This document shows, piece by piece, positions 8,734 through 16,933 of a stretch of 20,000 bases of DNA. The translations under genes were made by a program, and so were the position numbers. The stretch is from an uncultured virus (IMG/VR IMGVR_UViG_3300037067_021324) (Duplodnaviria > Heunggongvirae > Uroviricota > Caudoviricetes): the IMG/VR virus record IMGVR_UViG_3300037067_021324; one strand, given 5' to 3'. The stretch's first letter is position 1, and the number at the start of each line of letters is the position of its first letter. The notes under the pieces are model-generated. The model ran no database searches. It had not been told where the DNA came from and was given only the letters and a program-made list of their open reading frames with translations.

Positions 8734-10440
8734 ATGTCAAAATTTAACGAAAAAAGTGTGGCAAAAAACATAACCACAAATTATATGGGCGAGAAAGCTT
8801 ATATAGAAAAACCTGAATTTGAACTTGTTTCAATGCTTTTAACTTCATTTATGGAAGATTCATATTATGAAAAATCAAGTGATATGTTGGAAAGAATGAA
8901 GGCAGTATTAGAGAAAGTGGACACAAAATTTGCAGCAAAAGCTGCGATTTATGCGAGAAATGAATTTGGTATGAGGTCTATTTCTCATGTATTATCAATA
9001 GAATTATTGAAATATATTGGGGGACAGTCATGGGGAAAGAATTTCTTTGAATCTATTATCCGTAGGCCAGATGATATGACAGAAATCATCGCTTACTATT
9101 TTGCACAAGGGAATAAAAAGCTTCCTGCTGCAATTAAAAAAGGATTTGCTAAAGCATTTAATAAATTTGATAGATACCAAATTTCAAAATACAAAGGAAA
9201 AAATAAAAATGTTTCTCTTGTTGATGTTGTAAATCTTGTTCACCCACTTACAACCAAAAAAAATGGTGTTGTTGAAATAAAAAAGGATGAATATGCCGCC
9301 TTACTTGAAAAGAAATTAAAAAGTTTTGGGAAAAATGCAAATAAATATTCTGAAAAAATTGCAGAAATAAAAGCAAATTTAAATGAGATTAAAAATAATC
9401 AAGGAGATACTATTGAAATTTCAACTCTAAATGCATTGATGGCTGGCTTATTGAAAAACACAGAAACATGGGAAGCAAAGCTTTCAAAAGCCGGACAAGA
9501 AGCTAAATCTGATGAAGAAAAAGCAGAATTGAAAACAGAAGTTTGGAAAGATTTGTTTAAAGCAAAGAAAATGCCTTATATGGCTTTGCTAAAAAACTTA
9601 AGAAACATTTTTGAACAAGCTCCTGAACTTATTGATGAAGTTTGTGAAATGCTTGTTAATAGAAAAGCAATTGAAAATTCTTTGGTTCTTCCTTTTAGAT
9701 TTCTTTCAGCATATGAAGAAATAGAAAAACTCAAAAAAATAGGTACTTTCGAAAAAGATGAAGAAAATATTAGAAAGATTCTTGCTGCTATTGATGATGC
9801 TATTAAAACATCTGTTGTAAACTTGCCTACCTTATATGGAAAAACAGTTATTCTTTCCGATAATTCTGGAAGTATGACTGGTGATAGGGGTAATAGTTCG
9901 TTAATATCAAGATTGTCTAATATAAAAACAAGTGATATTGCAAATTTGTTTGCTGTACTTTATTGGCTAAAAGCTGATAATACTTTAGTTGGATTGTTTG
10001 GAGATAGATTAATATATCCAACACTTAACAGAAATGCTGGAGTATTTGAAAATTTTAAAGCAATTGATATCGAAAAAAACAAATGTGGGCCTAGCACTGA
10101 AAGAGGAATTTTTGATATGTTTGAAAAATTAATAAAAGAAAAAACTATAGTTGATTCAATTGTTGTTTTTTCTGACTGTCAAATAGGAAGTGGTTGTAAA
10201 TGGTATGACCAAAAAGGAAATCGTGGGGGAGAATTTAATAAATTATTTAATGATTATAAAAAAATAAGTCCAAAAGTTAGAGTGTATTCTGTAGATTTGA
10301 AAGGTTATGGAACAAACGTTTTCAATGATAATGTTTATAAAATTTTTGGATGGTCAGATAAAATATTTGACATCATGAAAGTTTTAGAACAGGACAAAAA
10401 TGCTCTTATTAAAATAATCAATGAATATGTTGATTTTTAA
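8734..10440 (+). CDS. Ro60/Rsr-like TROVE-domain ribonucleoprotein with C-terminal vWA domain
   Basis: TROVE motifs (TNYMGEKAY, AIYARNEFGMRS, RRPDDMTE, FD.YQ.SKY, DVVNLVHP, TWE, MPYMALLKNLRN, LPFRFLSAY), MIDAS DNSGSM, FSD.Q, VDLKGYG, IFGWSDKIF. Confidence 0.95.
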   Translation: MSKFNEKSVAKNITTNYMGEKAYIEKPEFELVSMLLTSFMEDSYYEKSSDMLERMKAVLEKVDTKFAAKAAIYARNEFGMRSISHVLSIELLKYIGGQSWGKNFFESIIRRPDDMTEIIAYYFAQGNKKLPAAIKKGFAKAFNKFDRYQISKYKGKNKNVSLVDVVNLVHPLTTKKNGVVEIKKDEYAALLEKKLKSFGKNANKYSEKIAEIKANLNEIKNNQGDTIEISTLNALMAGLLKNTETWEAKLSKAGQEAKSDEEKAELKTEVWKDLFKAKKMPYMALLKNLRNIFEQAPELIDEVCEMLVNRKAIENSLVLPFRFLSAYEEIEKLKKIGTFEKDEENIRKILAAIDDAIKTSVVNLPTLYGKTVILSDNSGSMTGDRGNSSLISRLSNIKTSDIANLFAVLYWLKADNTLVGLFGDRLIYPTLNRNAGVFENFKAIDIEKNKCGPSTERGIFDMFEKLIKEKTIVDSIVVFSDCQIGSGCKWYDQKGNRGGEFNKLFNDYKKISPKVRVYSVDLKGYGTNVFNDNVYKIFGWSDKIFDIMKVLEQDKNALIKIINEYVDF

Positions 10441-10457
10441 ACATTATATTTTTAAAT

Positions 10458-10499
10458 AAAAAAACCTGGATAAATTTGATTTTGTCCAGGTTTTTTTTT
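10458..10499 (+). terminator. Intrinsic terminator after ro60, overlapping the next promoter
   Basis: AAAAAACCTGGATAAA...TTTGTCCAGGTTTTTTTTT. TTTG (10475-10478) N20 TATATTTG (10499-10506) overlaps it. Confidence 0.8.
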
Positions 10500-10529
10500 A
10501 TATTTGGCAAAAATAAAAATAAAAGACAA

Positions 10530-11129
10530 ATGGATATAATACACAAACCCAAAGTAAACAAAAAGATTTCAGAAATTCTTAATTCTTTTTATTTAGAACA
10601 AAATAGTGATACCAATAGAAGCGGAATAGCTTATCAAATTAAATGTTTTTTGGAATATGAAAAAATTAATTATGAAACAGTAAATCTTTATACTCCGCCA
10701 GAAAGAGTTGATAGAGAATTGATAGACATTAGAATAGATGATGAGTTATATCCATTTAAGGAAATTATTGAACTGAACGAGGATAATTGGAGAGAATATT
10801 GTATTAAATGTGAAGATGGCTATTTGCTAAATAAAGATGATATCATAGAATTATTTCAATATTTAATTAATGAAGGATATGCATGGAATTTGCAGGATTT
10901 TTATAAAAGGAAAGCAGAAGAATTGATTAAGGAAGGATATTGTACACTTTCTTATAATAATACCACAGGACATTATATATGGGGAAACGTAAAAATCCCA
11001 TCAAAATATAATTTAAAACCAAATGCCCCAGGAACTGATGAATATGTTCAAAAAAGAAAAGATTTAAATGATGACGAATTTTTTACATGGTCAAATTTGC
11101 AAATGAGTAATGAAGAAGAAACGGAATAA
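10530..11129 (+). CDS. Hypothetical phage protein
   Basis: The ATG at 10530 follows the promoter; the TTG at 10476 lies inside the terminator. Contains IIELFQYLINEGYAWNLQ.FY.R.A..LI.EGYC, a motif resembling a common small phage domain of unknown function. Confidence 0.75.
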   Translation: MDIIHKPKVNKKISEILNSFYLEQNSDTNRSGIAYQIKCFLEYEKINYETVNLYTPPERVDRELIDIRIDDELYPFKEIIELNEDNWREYCIKCEDGYLLNKDDIIELFQYLINEGYAWNLQDFYKRKAEELIKEGYCTLSYNNTTGHYIWGNVKIPSKYNLKPNAPGTDEYVQKRKDLNDDEFFTWSNLQMSNEEETE

Positions 11130-11152
11130 TATTTGCGATTCAGAAGTTAAAT

Positions 11153-11176
11153 AAAAAAGGGGCTTTATGCCCCTTT
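11153..11176. terminator. Bidirectional terminator between convergent genes
   Basis: A-tract, GGGC-TTTAT-GCCC hairpin, T-tract. Confidence 0.65.
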
Positions 11177-11180
11177 TATT

Positions 11181-11558
11181 TTATCTCATTTCATATAATT
11201 TTCGCTCTGCTGCTAATTTTGCTCTTTTAACTTCTTTAAAAATATCTAAAATAACTTGTTTGTGTCTTTTTCCTTCCTCAAGTCTTGTTGCAACTTCTGG
11301 AATGGCTTTTATATGTGATTCCTGCCTTAAAGTAGCTGTTTCTAATTTATTGCAGGCTTCTGCCAAATTTTTAACAACTTCTTCTAAATCTTTTTTATAT
11401 GATTCATAAACATTGCTTTCATAAGTTTTTTCTGTGTTTTCTTCGCTTACTTCATTTAAAAATCCCAATTCTTTATTAATATTTTTTAATTCTAATTCTA
11501 ACATTGTTATTTTATGTAATTTAACAATTTCTTCTTTTATATATTTTTTTGCATCCAT
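11181..11558 (-). CDS. Hypothetical coiled-coil protein
   Basis: 125 aa E/K-rich ORF starting MDAKKYIKEEIVKL; TATTTATA upstream on the minus strand. Confidence 0.75.
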   Translation of the reverse strand: MDAKKYIKEEIVKLHKITMLELELKNINKELGFLNEVSEENTEKTYESNVYESYKKDLEEVVKNLAEACNKLETATLRQESHIKAIPEVATRLEEGKRHKQVILDIFKEVKRAKLAAERKLYEMR

Positions 11559-11625
11559 AGCTTTACAGTTTTATATAAATAGATAAAAATTTGATTTTTA
11601 AAAATATTATAACTATATTTTTACT

Positions 11626-11970
11626 ATGGGATTTATTTATTTAATAAATAGTGGAACTACGGATAAATATAAAATTGGTGTGTCAAAAAATCCACCCAAT
11701 AGAAAAAAGGAATTGCAAACAGGAAATCCACAAGATTTAATTTTGGTAGATTACTATGAAAGTGAGAATTATCAAAAAATAGAAACAATTTTACATAGAA
11801 ATTTAAAACATAAGAAGTATATCGAAGATGACTTCAGAAATCTAAAGGGCGAATGGTTTATACTAACAAATGAAGATGTCTTAAACTTTAAACAAAAATG
11901 TAAAAAAATAGAAGACTCAATTGAATATCTAAAAGAAAATTCAACTTTTGATATAACAAAAATTTTATAA
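11626..11970 (+). CDS. T5orf172 / GIY-YIG-like nuclease domain protein
   Basis: GFIYLI...YKIGVS..P..R..ELQTGNP..L...E..LH......GEWF.L pattern. Confidence 0.9.
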   Translation: MGFIYLINSGTTDKYKIGVSKNPPNRKKELQTGNPQDLILVDYYESENYQKIETILHRNLKHKKYIEDDFRNLKGEWFILTNEDVLNFKQKCKKIEDSIEYLKENSTFDITKIL

Positions 11971-12080
11971 TTACGTATAATTAAAAAATATTTGTAGAGT
12001 TGAAACAAAAATATAGCCTTTAATGCATAAATTAAAGTAAGTAGTATTATTTTTGTTTTACCTTATAAACAAATTAAATT

Positions 12081-12260
12081 ATGGAAGAAAAGAAATTCAC
12101 AACAGAAGAAGTAATAACTTTATTAAAAGCATTCCATCTTGATTCAGTTGAAGGAAGATATAGTAAAGAATTATTAGAATGGTGCAATAATTGGATTGAT
12201 TACAACATTAAAGAGAAAATAGATTTTGAAACATATATGAAAAATTCAAAACAAAAATAA
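12081..12260 (+). CDS. Small hypothetical protein (59 aa, not in ORF track)
   Basis: AAATT-ATG start; MEEKKFTTEEVITLLKAFHLDSVEGRYSKELLEWCNNWIDYNIKEKIDFETYMKNSKQK, TAA at 12258-12260. Confidence 0.7.
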   Translation: MEEKKFTTEEVITLLKAFHLDSVEGRYSKELLEWCNNWIDYNIKEKIDFETYMKNSKQK

Positions 12261-12299
12261 TATTATTTATAAACAATTACAAACAAATATAGTGCGATT

Positions 12300-12566
12300 A
12301 TGAAACCTTCAAATTTTATCACTTATCCTTGGTCTTCTGTTTGTCAAAAATCAGAGTGCGAAACTATTGCAATGAATATTATGGTTATTTTAAAAAGAAC
12401 TGGCGATGAATTTAGAAATTTATCTTTTGAAGAATATAAATTAGAACGTTTGAAAGATGGTAATTATACCGAAAAAGAAAAAGAATATTTTGAACAGGTA
12501 ATTGGTTATTGCAAATCTGAAGATACTGCTAAATTATTTAGTAAAAGTTGGGCAAATTGTATTTAA
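12300..12566 (+). CDS. Hypothetical protein, probable gene cassette
   Basis: 88 aa ORF whose TAA stop forms the TAAC end of an attC-like hairpin. Confidence 0.75.
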   Translation: MKPSNFITYPWSSVCQKSECETIAMNIMVILKRTGDEFRNLSFEEYKLERLKDGNYTEKEKEYFEQVIGYCKSEDTAKLFSKSWANCI

Positions 12567-12616
12567 CGGTTGCACAAATATATTGTTGTTTTAATGCAAT
12601 ATATTTGTTGTTATAA
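12560..12616 (+). repeat. attC-like hairpin 1
   Basis: TATTTAAC...ACAAATATATTG (12574-12585) / CAATATATTTGT (12597-12608)...GTTATAA. Confidence 0.6.
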
Positions 12617-12655
12617 GTATGTAAAACAAAAATTATACAAATAAAAAATAAAATT

Positions 12656-12856
12656 ATGGAAACAACAAAATTTGAAAAAATGTACGAAAAATATTTAAAC
12701 AGATTAGATGCTAAATTCAGAAAGGAAGATGCCAAAATGATTGGTAAACGAGATGCTCTTTGTTATGGTAATATTGATTACACAAAAGATGAGTTTTTGA
12801 AAAAAATAAATGCAGATGCCGAATTTGCTAAAAAATGGGAAGTTATTAATTCATAA
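12656..12856 (+). CDS. Small hypothetical protein, probable gene cassette
   Basis: 66 aa ORF flanked by about 26 bp inverted repeats (12610-12636 and 12853-12878). Confidence 0.7.
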   Translation: METTKFEKMYEKYLNRLDAKFRKEDAKMIGKRDALCYGNIDYTKDEFLKKINADAEFAKKWEVINS

Positions 12857-12870
12857 TTTTTGTTTTATTA

Positions 12871-12969
12871 CTTATAACGTTTTGCAGATTTGCGTTTGTG
12901 TGCCACGCAAAAATGTTTCTTTAATGGCACACCGTTTATTGGCACATAACGCAAATGTGCTGTTATAAC
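12871..12969 (+). repeat. attC-like hairpin 2
   Basis: CTTATAAC...GCAGATTTGCGTT-TGTGTGCCA...TGGCACAT-AACGCAAATGTGC-TGTTATAAC; long imperfect palindrome. Confidence 0.65.
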
Positions 12970-12980
12970 CAGTGCGGAAT

Positions 12981-13187
12981 ATGAAAAAGAAAGCTCACGA
13001 ATTAGAATTTATTAGCCAAATAAAACGAGATGGCTCAGGAACAACAAAAGTTAAAAAAAGCTACTTAAAAGCTATGTTAGAAAATTCATTGATGAAAGAC
13101 GAAGATTTTGAATTGCATTGCCTTTCATTAAGCGAAAAAACCTTTATAGCTTTTAACTTTAATGCTTTTATTGTTAGGGTCAAGTAG
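12981..13187 (+). CDS. Small hypothetical protein, probable gene cassette
   Basis: ATG at 12981, TAG stop; flanked by GTTATAACCAGTGC (12962-12975) and GCATTGGTTATAAC (13187-13200). Confidence 0.6.
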   Translation: MKKKAHELEFISQIKRDGSGTTKVKKSYLKAMLENSLMKDEDFELHCLSLSEKTFIAFNFNAFIVRVK

Positions 13188-13255
13188 CATTGGTTATAAC
13201 TAGTTTATAACAGCAATAAAGATGCCATTTATAAATTTAAAAATCAATAATCTAA

Positions 13256-13453
13256 ATGGATTTTGAATATAGATTTAAGAATATTGATAATCTTCGTTGT
13301 GATATGAATGGAAATTTTATTTGTAATAATATCCCCATAAAAAAGCAATGGCGACCTGGACAAATTTTTATTAAAGTGTCTGGAAAAAGATATGGGATAA
13401 AAACGTTAAGAAAATTAGCATATAAAGTTGAGTGTGAAAATTTACCTTTTTAA
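13256..13453 (+). CDS. Small hypothetical protein ending in ENLPF
   Basis: 65 aa ORF in gene order. Confidence 0.65.
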   Translation: MDFEYRFKNIDNLRCDMNGNFICNNIPIKKQWRPGQIFIKVSGKRYGIKTLRKLAYKVECENLPF

Positions 13454-13465
13454 TACATAAAAATT

Positions 13466-14260
13466 TTGAATATAATAGCAAAACATAATGATTTACCTAT
13501 TGCTGTCATCGGAGATATTCATGGCGAATTTAATGTGATAATAAAAAAGGTTAAACATTATGACCTTAATGATGTTGTATTGCTTGTGGCTGGAGATATG
13601 GGTGTGGGATTTAATTACAACAATCCCAGAGAACCAAAAAAAGAAAAAGTAAGGTTGTTATATTTAAATCAATTCCTAAAAAGACACAATATTTTTCTTT
13701 ATATTGTAAGAGGTAATCATGATAACCCTTCATTTTATGATGGTAAACATAATTTAAGTAATTTAATTTTTATGCAGGATTATGACATTGTACAAGTTGG
13801 CGAATATATGATTTTGGGTGTTGGGGGAGCAACCTCTGTTGATAGAAAACCAAATCATCATTTTAAAGATTACAAAGGAGAGAATCATCCAGGAAGAAGA
13901 GAAAACGTAGATTGGTGGCCAAATGAAAAAGTTATATATGATGAAGAAAAATTGAATGTAATTGCTGGTATAGATATTGTAGTAACACATACTTGTCCCG
14001 ATTTTGTGCATCCTCCTGTATTGGGTGATAATGTTTGGAAGTGGTGTGATTGTGACCCAGAATTAAAAAGCGAACTTATTGAAGAACGTGAATTAATGGG
14101 AAAGATTTATGATAAGCTAAACGAGTTGAGCGTAATAAAATGGTGGTATTATGCCCATTACCATCAAAGCAATTTTCAGACATATAACAGTACAAAATTC
14201 AAACTTTTGGATATTGGAGAATTTCATGAAATAAAATTTAAAAACGAACAAAATGAATAA
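13466..14260 (+). CDS. Calcineurin-like metallophosphoesterase
   Basis: GDIHG, AGD.G, RGNHD, VTHT and AHYH metal-binding motifs in the correct order. Confidence 0.92.
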   Translation: MNIIAKHNDLPIAVIGDIHGEFNVIIKKVKHYDLNDVVLLVAGDMGVGFNYNNPREPKKEKVRLLYLNQFLKRHNIFLYIVRGNHDNPSFYDGKHNLSNLIFMQDYDIVQVGEYMILGVGGATSVDRKPNHHFKDYKGENHPGRRENVDWWPNEKVIYDEEKLNVIAGIDIVVTHTCPDFVHPPVLGDNVWKWCDCDPELKSELIEERELMGKIYDKLNELSVIKWWYYAHYHQSNFQTYNSTKFKLLDIGEFHEIKFKNEQNE

Positions 14261-14660
14261 TAGAATTACTTCAGAAAAAATTACACAATTAAAAGACAAC
14301 GAAATTTTTGTGTTCGGCTCAAATTTATCTGGCCGTCATTTTAAGGGTGCCGCAAGAACTGCTTTAGGGTGGGGAGCGAAAGTTGGACAAGCTTCTGGAT
14401 TACAAGGTAAAACATATGGAATCCCAGCAAAAGATGCCTCAATTAGGAGAGTCCTTACAATAAGAGAAATTAAACCATATGTTGATGAATTTATTGAGTT
14501 TGCAAAAGCAAATCCCCAGCTTATATTTCTTGTAACAGAAGTCGGATGTGGACTTTCAAATTATCACCCAAAGGATATGGCTCCTTTATTTAAAAATGCA
14601 ATAAATATTCCAAATATTTATTTGCCAGCTCGATTTTGGCATAAAATACAAGAAAAATAA
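14253..14660 (+). CDS. A1S_2505-like phage non-structural protein
   Basis: EIFVFGSNLSGRH..GAA..A..WGA..G...G.QG.TY.IP and FLVT.VGCGL motifs. Confidence 0.8.
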   Translation: MNNRITSEKITQLKDNEIFVFGSNLSGRHFKGAARTALGWGAKVGQASGLQGKTYGIPAKDASIRRVLTIREIKPYVDEFIEFAKANPQLIFLVTEVGCGLSNYHPKDMAPLFKNAINIPNIYLPARFWHKIQEK

Positions 14661-14668
14661 GTTTTTTA

Positions 14669-15079
14669 TTATGCTGATAAATCTTCTTCTTTCTTGCCTC
14701 CAGTATTAATATCATCTAGTGGTGCTACTACATCATTGGGATTAGAATTTAAATCTGAATTGGTAGTTGTATCTGTGTTTTGGTCTTCATTAATGATTGG
14801 AGGAATCAAATAATTTTTCCCACTTTTTATTTTAAATACATCTTTTACAGCAGAAACTCCTTTTCCCCCAAGTACATATGCGGCAAATAAAAATATTGCC
14901 CATTGTAATGAATCTATAATTGTTTGTGCTGATGCTGGTAAATTTGCAATAAATGTATAATAAGTTAGGCAGGCTATATATAATATTACAAATACAAAAA
15001 GATACACTCTTCCTTGCGAGTATTTATAAACACCATCAAGTTTTACTTTTAAAATGTCTTTAAATAATTTTATTTTCAT
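14669..15079 (-). CDS. Two-TM membrane protein (holin-like topology)
   Basis: Two hydrophobic helices after YSQGRVY, acidic disordered tail; ATATTTATA upstream. Confidence 0.65.
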   Translation of the reverse strand: MKIKLFKDILKVKLDGVYKYSQGRVYLFVFVILYIACLTYYTFIANLPASAQTIIDSLQWAIFLFAAYVLGGKGVSAVKDVFKIKSGKNYLIPPIINEDQNTDTTTNSDLNSNPNDVVAPLDDINTGGKKEEDLSA

Positions 15080-15122
15080 ATTTTTATTTATAAATATTTA
15101 AAAGAAAATAAATATTTAAATT

Positions 15123-15656
15123 ATGAAAAAATTATTAGCAAGAATTTTAAGATTTTTATTAAAAAAAGTTGAAAAATCTATTCATCGTAAATATAAAATA
15201 GATGAAGAAGAGTTAAAAGGTAGAGAATGTTGTATTCAGGTGCCAGAAATAAAGGAGTTAACAGAAGAACAAAAAAAAATTGTAAACATTTATGTTTATC
15301 ATGAATCAATTTTTTCAGTAAATATAAAAAATATACCTTCAAGATTAATTCAAGATTATTGTTTTGTAGATAATGATAAAATAAAACTAGAAATTATTTT
15401 AGGAGGAGAAAATGATTTGGATGTTTACGAAGAACTCGAAAAGAAAAAATGTTCAAATATTTTTGAAGAAAATATGGAAAAAGAAAATATGGAAATAGAA
15501 ATATTTTCACACATTGGATTTAATAAAAAAATAATATTGAAGAACATTAAAGTTATGAAAGTTAATGCCTTTGAACATGGTAATAGCAAATCGAAAGAAG
15601 TATATAAAGCAAATGTATTAATTAAATATGATTCTAAGTATATTGAAAGATTCTAG
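15123..15656 (+). CDS. Hypothetical protein
   Basis: 177 aa ORF ending in TAG, followed directly by the GTAAC promoter-like motif. Confidence 0.7.
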   Translation: MKKLLARILRFLLKKVEKSIHRKYKIDEEELKGRECCIQVPEIKELTEEQKKIVNIYVYHESIFSVNIKNIPSRLIQDYCFVDNDKIKLEIILGGENDLDVYEELEKKKCSNIFEENMEKENMEIEIFSHIGFNKKIILKNIKVMKVNAFEHGNSKSKEVYKANVLIKYDSKYIERF

Positions 15657-15659
15657 AAT

Positions 15660-15686
15660 GTAACTTTTTTTCTTTTTTAGCGTATA
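15660..15686 (+). promoter_or_regulatory. GTAAC-N16-CGTATA promoter-like motif (copy 2)
   Basis: GTAAC 15660-15664, CGTATA 15681-15686; 16 nt before the SemiSWEET ATG. Confidence 0.7.
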
Positions 15687-15702
15687 AAAAAGGAAAAAAC
15701 AA

Positions 15703-15966
15703 ATGAGTTTTCAAGATATTGGCTTTATAGGAGGATTAATTTTTTTATATTCTTATGTGCCACAACTAACACATCTTTTAAAACAAAAAAATTCTATTGG
15801 AATTAGTGTTTCATCATGGGTCATGGGAGCAATAGGATTAATAATACTGTTCGCATATTCAGTATACAGAAAAGATTTGGTATTTATGATATTAATTTTT
15901 CTTGAATTGATTATAACCATTGTTACTTTGATTTTGACAGTGAAATTTAAACCAAAAAAAAAATAA
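15703..15966 (+). CDS. SemiSWEET / PQ-loop membrane protein
   Basis: 87 aa, three TM helices, IG.IGG....SYVPQ.....K.K.S.GIS motif. Confidence 0.85.
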   Translation: MSFQDIGFIGGLIFLYSYVPQLTHLLKQKNSIGISVSSWVMGAIGLIILFAYSVYRKDLVFMILIFLELIITIVTLILTVKFKPKKK

Positions 15967-15990
15967 TAATTAAAAAAACTTGTTTTTTTT

Positions 15991-16017
15991 GTAACTTTTT
16001 TATATTTTTGTCGTATA
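15991..16017 (+). promoter_or_regulatory. GTAAC-N16-CGTATA promoter-like motif (copy 3)
   Basis: GTAAC 15991-15995, CGTATA 16012-16017; upstream of the PTH2-like gene. Confidence 0.7.
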
Positions 16018-16062
16018 GGTTAGTAGAAAATAAATTTTTTAAATATTTATTAAAAAAAAGCA

Positions 16063-16464
16063 ATGAAGTAGATTGTTAAAAATAATGCAAAATTAGCTGT
16101 AGTAACAAGAGAAGATTTAAAATTCAGTTACCAAGCTATCCAAAGTGGTCATGCCTTGGCCAAGTTCTGTATAGAACATAATGATATTGCTAATTCCTGG
16201 CACAAAAATTCCCAGTATTTAACTTATTTATCTGTAAAAGATGAATCTGAACTATTATTCTTGATTGAGAAAGCTCATTCGAGAGGAATAGCTATTTCCA
16301 TATTCAGAGAACCTGATATTGATAATCAAATCACCGCAATTGCTATAGAACCATCTGACGACGCCAGAAGGTTGTGTGCAGGACTTCGTTGTGCCCTAAA
16401 AGAAAGTTATCAAAACGGCTTGATTGACAAAAATAGTTATAAACAAAATACAGTATTAATTTAA
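16063..16464 (+). CDS. PTH2-fold peptidyl-tRNA hydrolase-like protein with in-frame TAG at codon 3
   Basis: ATG AAG TAG ATT GTT... gives MK*IVKNNAKLAVVTREDLKFSYQAIQSGHALAKF..., in frame with the 16156 ORF. KL.VV.R.DL...Q..Q..HA and FREPD..NQITAIAIEP resemble PTH2-family motifs. Confidence 0.75.
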
Positions 16465-16476
16465 AAAATTTTTTTT

Positions 16477-16833
16477 ATGAAAAGCGAAAAAATTAAAAAA
16501 CGTAAAGAAGTCTATTCCACAGAATTTTGTAATGGATTACACGTGGACGAGTTAACTGCCATTATTAATATGGCAAAAAAGGATTATGAGGCCGAATTTG
16601 TAGAGGTGTATGAAAATACCGATAGATGCGGAGACCACGAAGGTTATTCATTGGATTTTTACAAATATATTTTAGAGACAGATGAAGAGTGTGAAGAAAG
16701 ATTAGCATATGAAAAACATCAAGAACAAAAAAAGAAAATGGCAGAGGAAGCTGCTGCAAAAAAGAAGGCCGAAGACGAACAAATGAAGTTGCTAGAATTA
16801 ATGGAAAAATACCCAGAGTTGGTTAAAAAATAA
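16477..16833 (+). CDS. Hypothetical phage protein
   Basis: 118 aa ORF with ETDEE..ERL motif and charged coiled-coil tail. Confidence 0.75.
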   Translation: MKSEKIKKRKEVYSTEFCNGLHVDELTAIINMAKKDYEAEFVEVYENTDRCGDHEGYSLDFYKYILETDEECEERLAYEKHQEQKKKMAEEAAAKKKAEDEQMKLLELMEKYPELVKK

Positions 16834-16845
16834 AAATTTGGGTAA

Positions 16846-16897
16846 CGGGGAGTGCAAATTTGGTTGCAAATTGGGTGTTCGACCCACTCCTCCCCGA
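16846..16897 (+). ncRNA. Minimal tRNA-like element without a D arm
   Basis: Acceptor CGGGGAG/CTCCCCG, T arm GGGTG-TTCGACC-CACTC, only 20 nt between them. Confidence 0.55.
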
Positions 16898-16933
16898 CAA
16901 AATAAAGTTCTTTGACGTATTGGAAAAGCCCAC

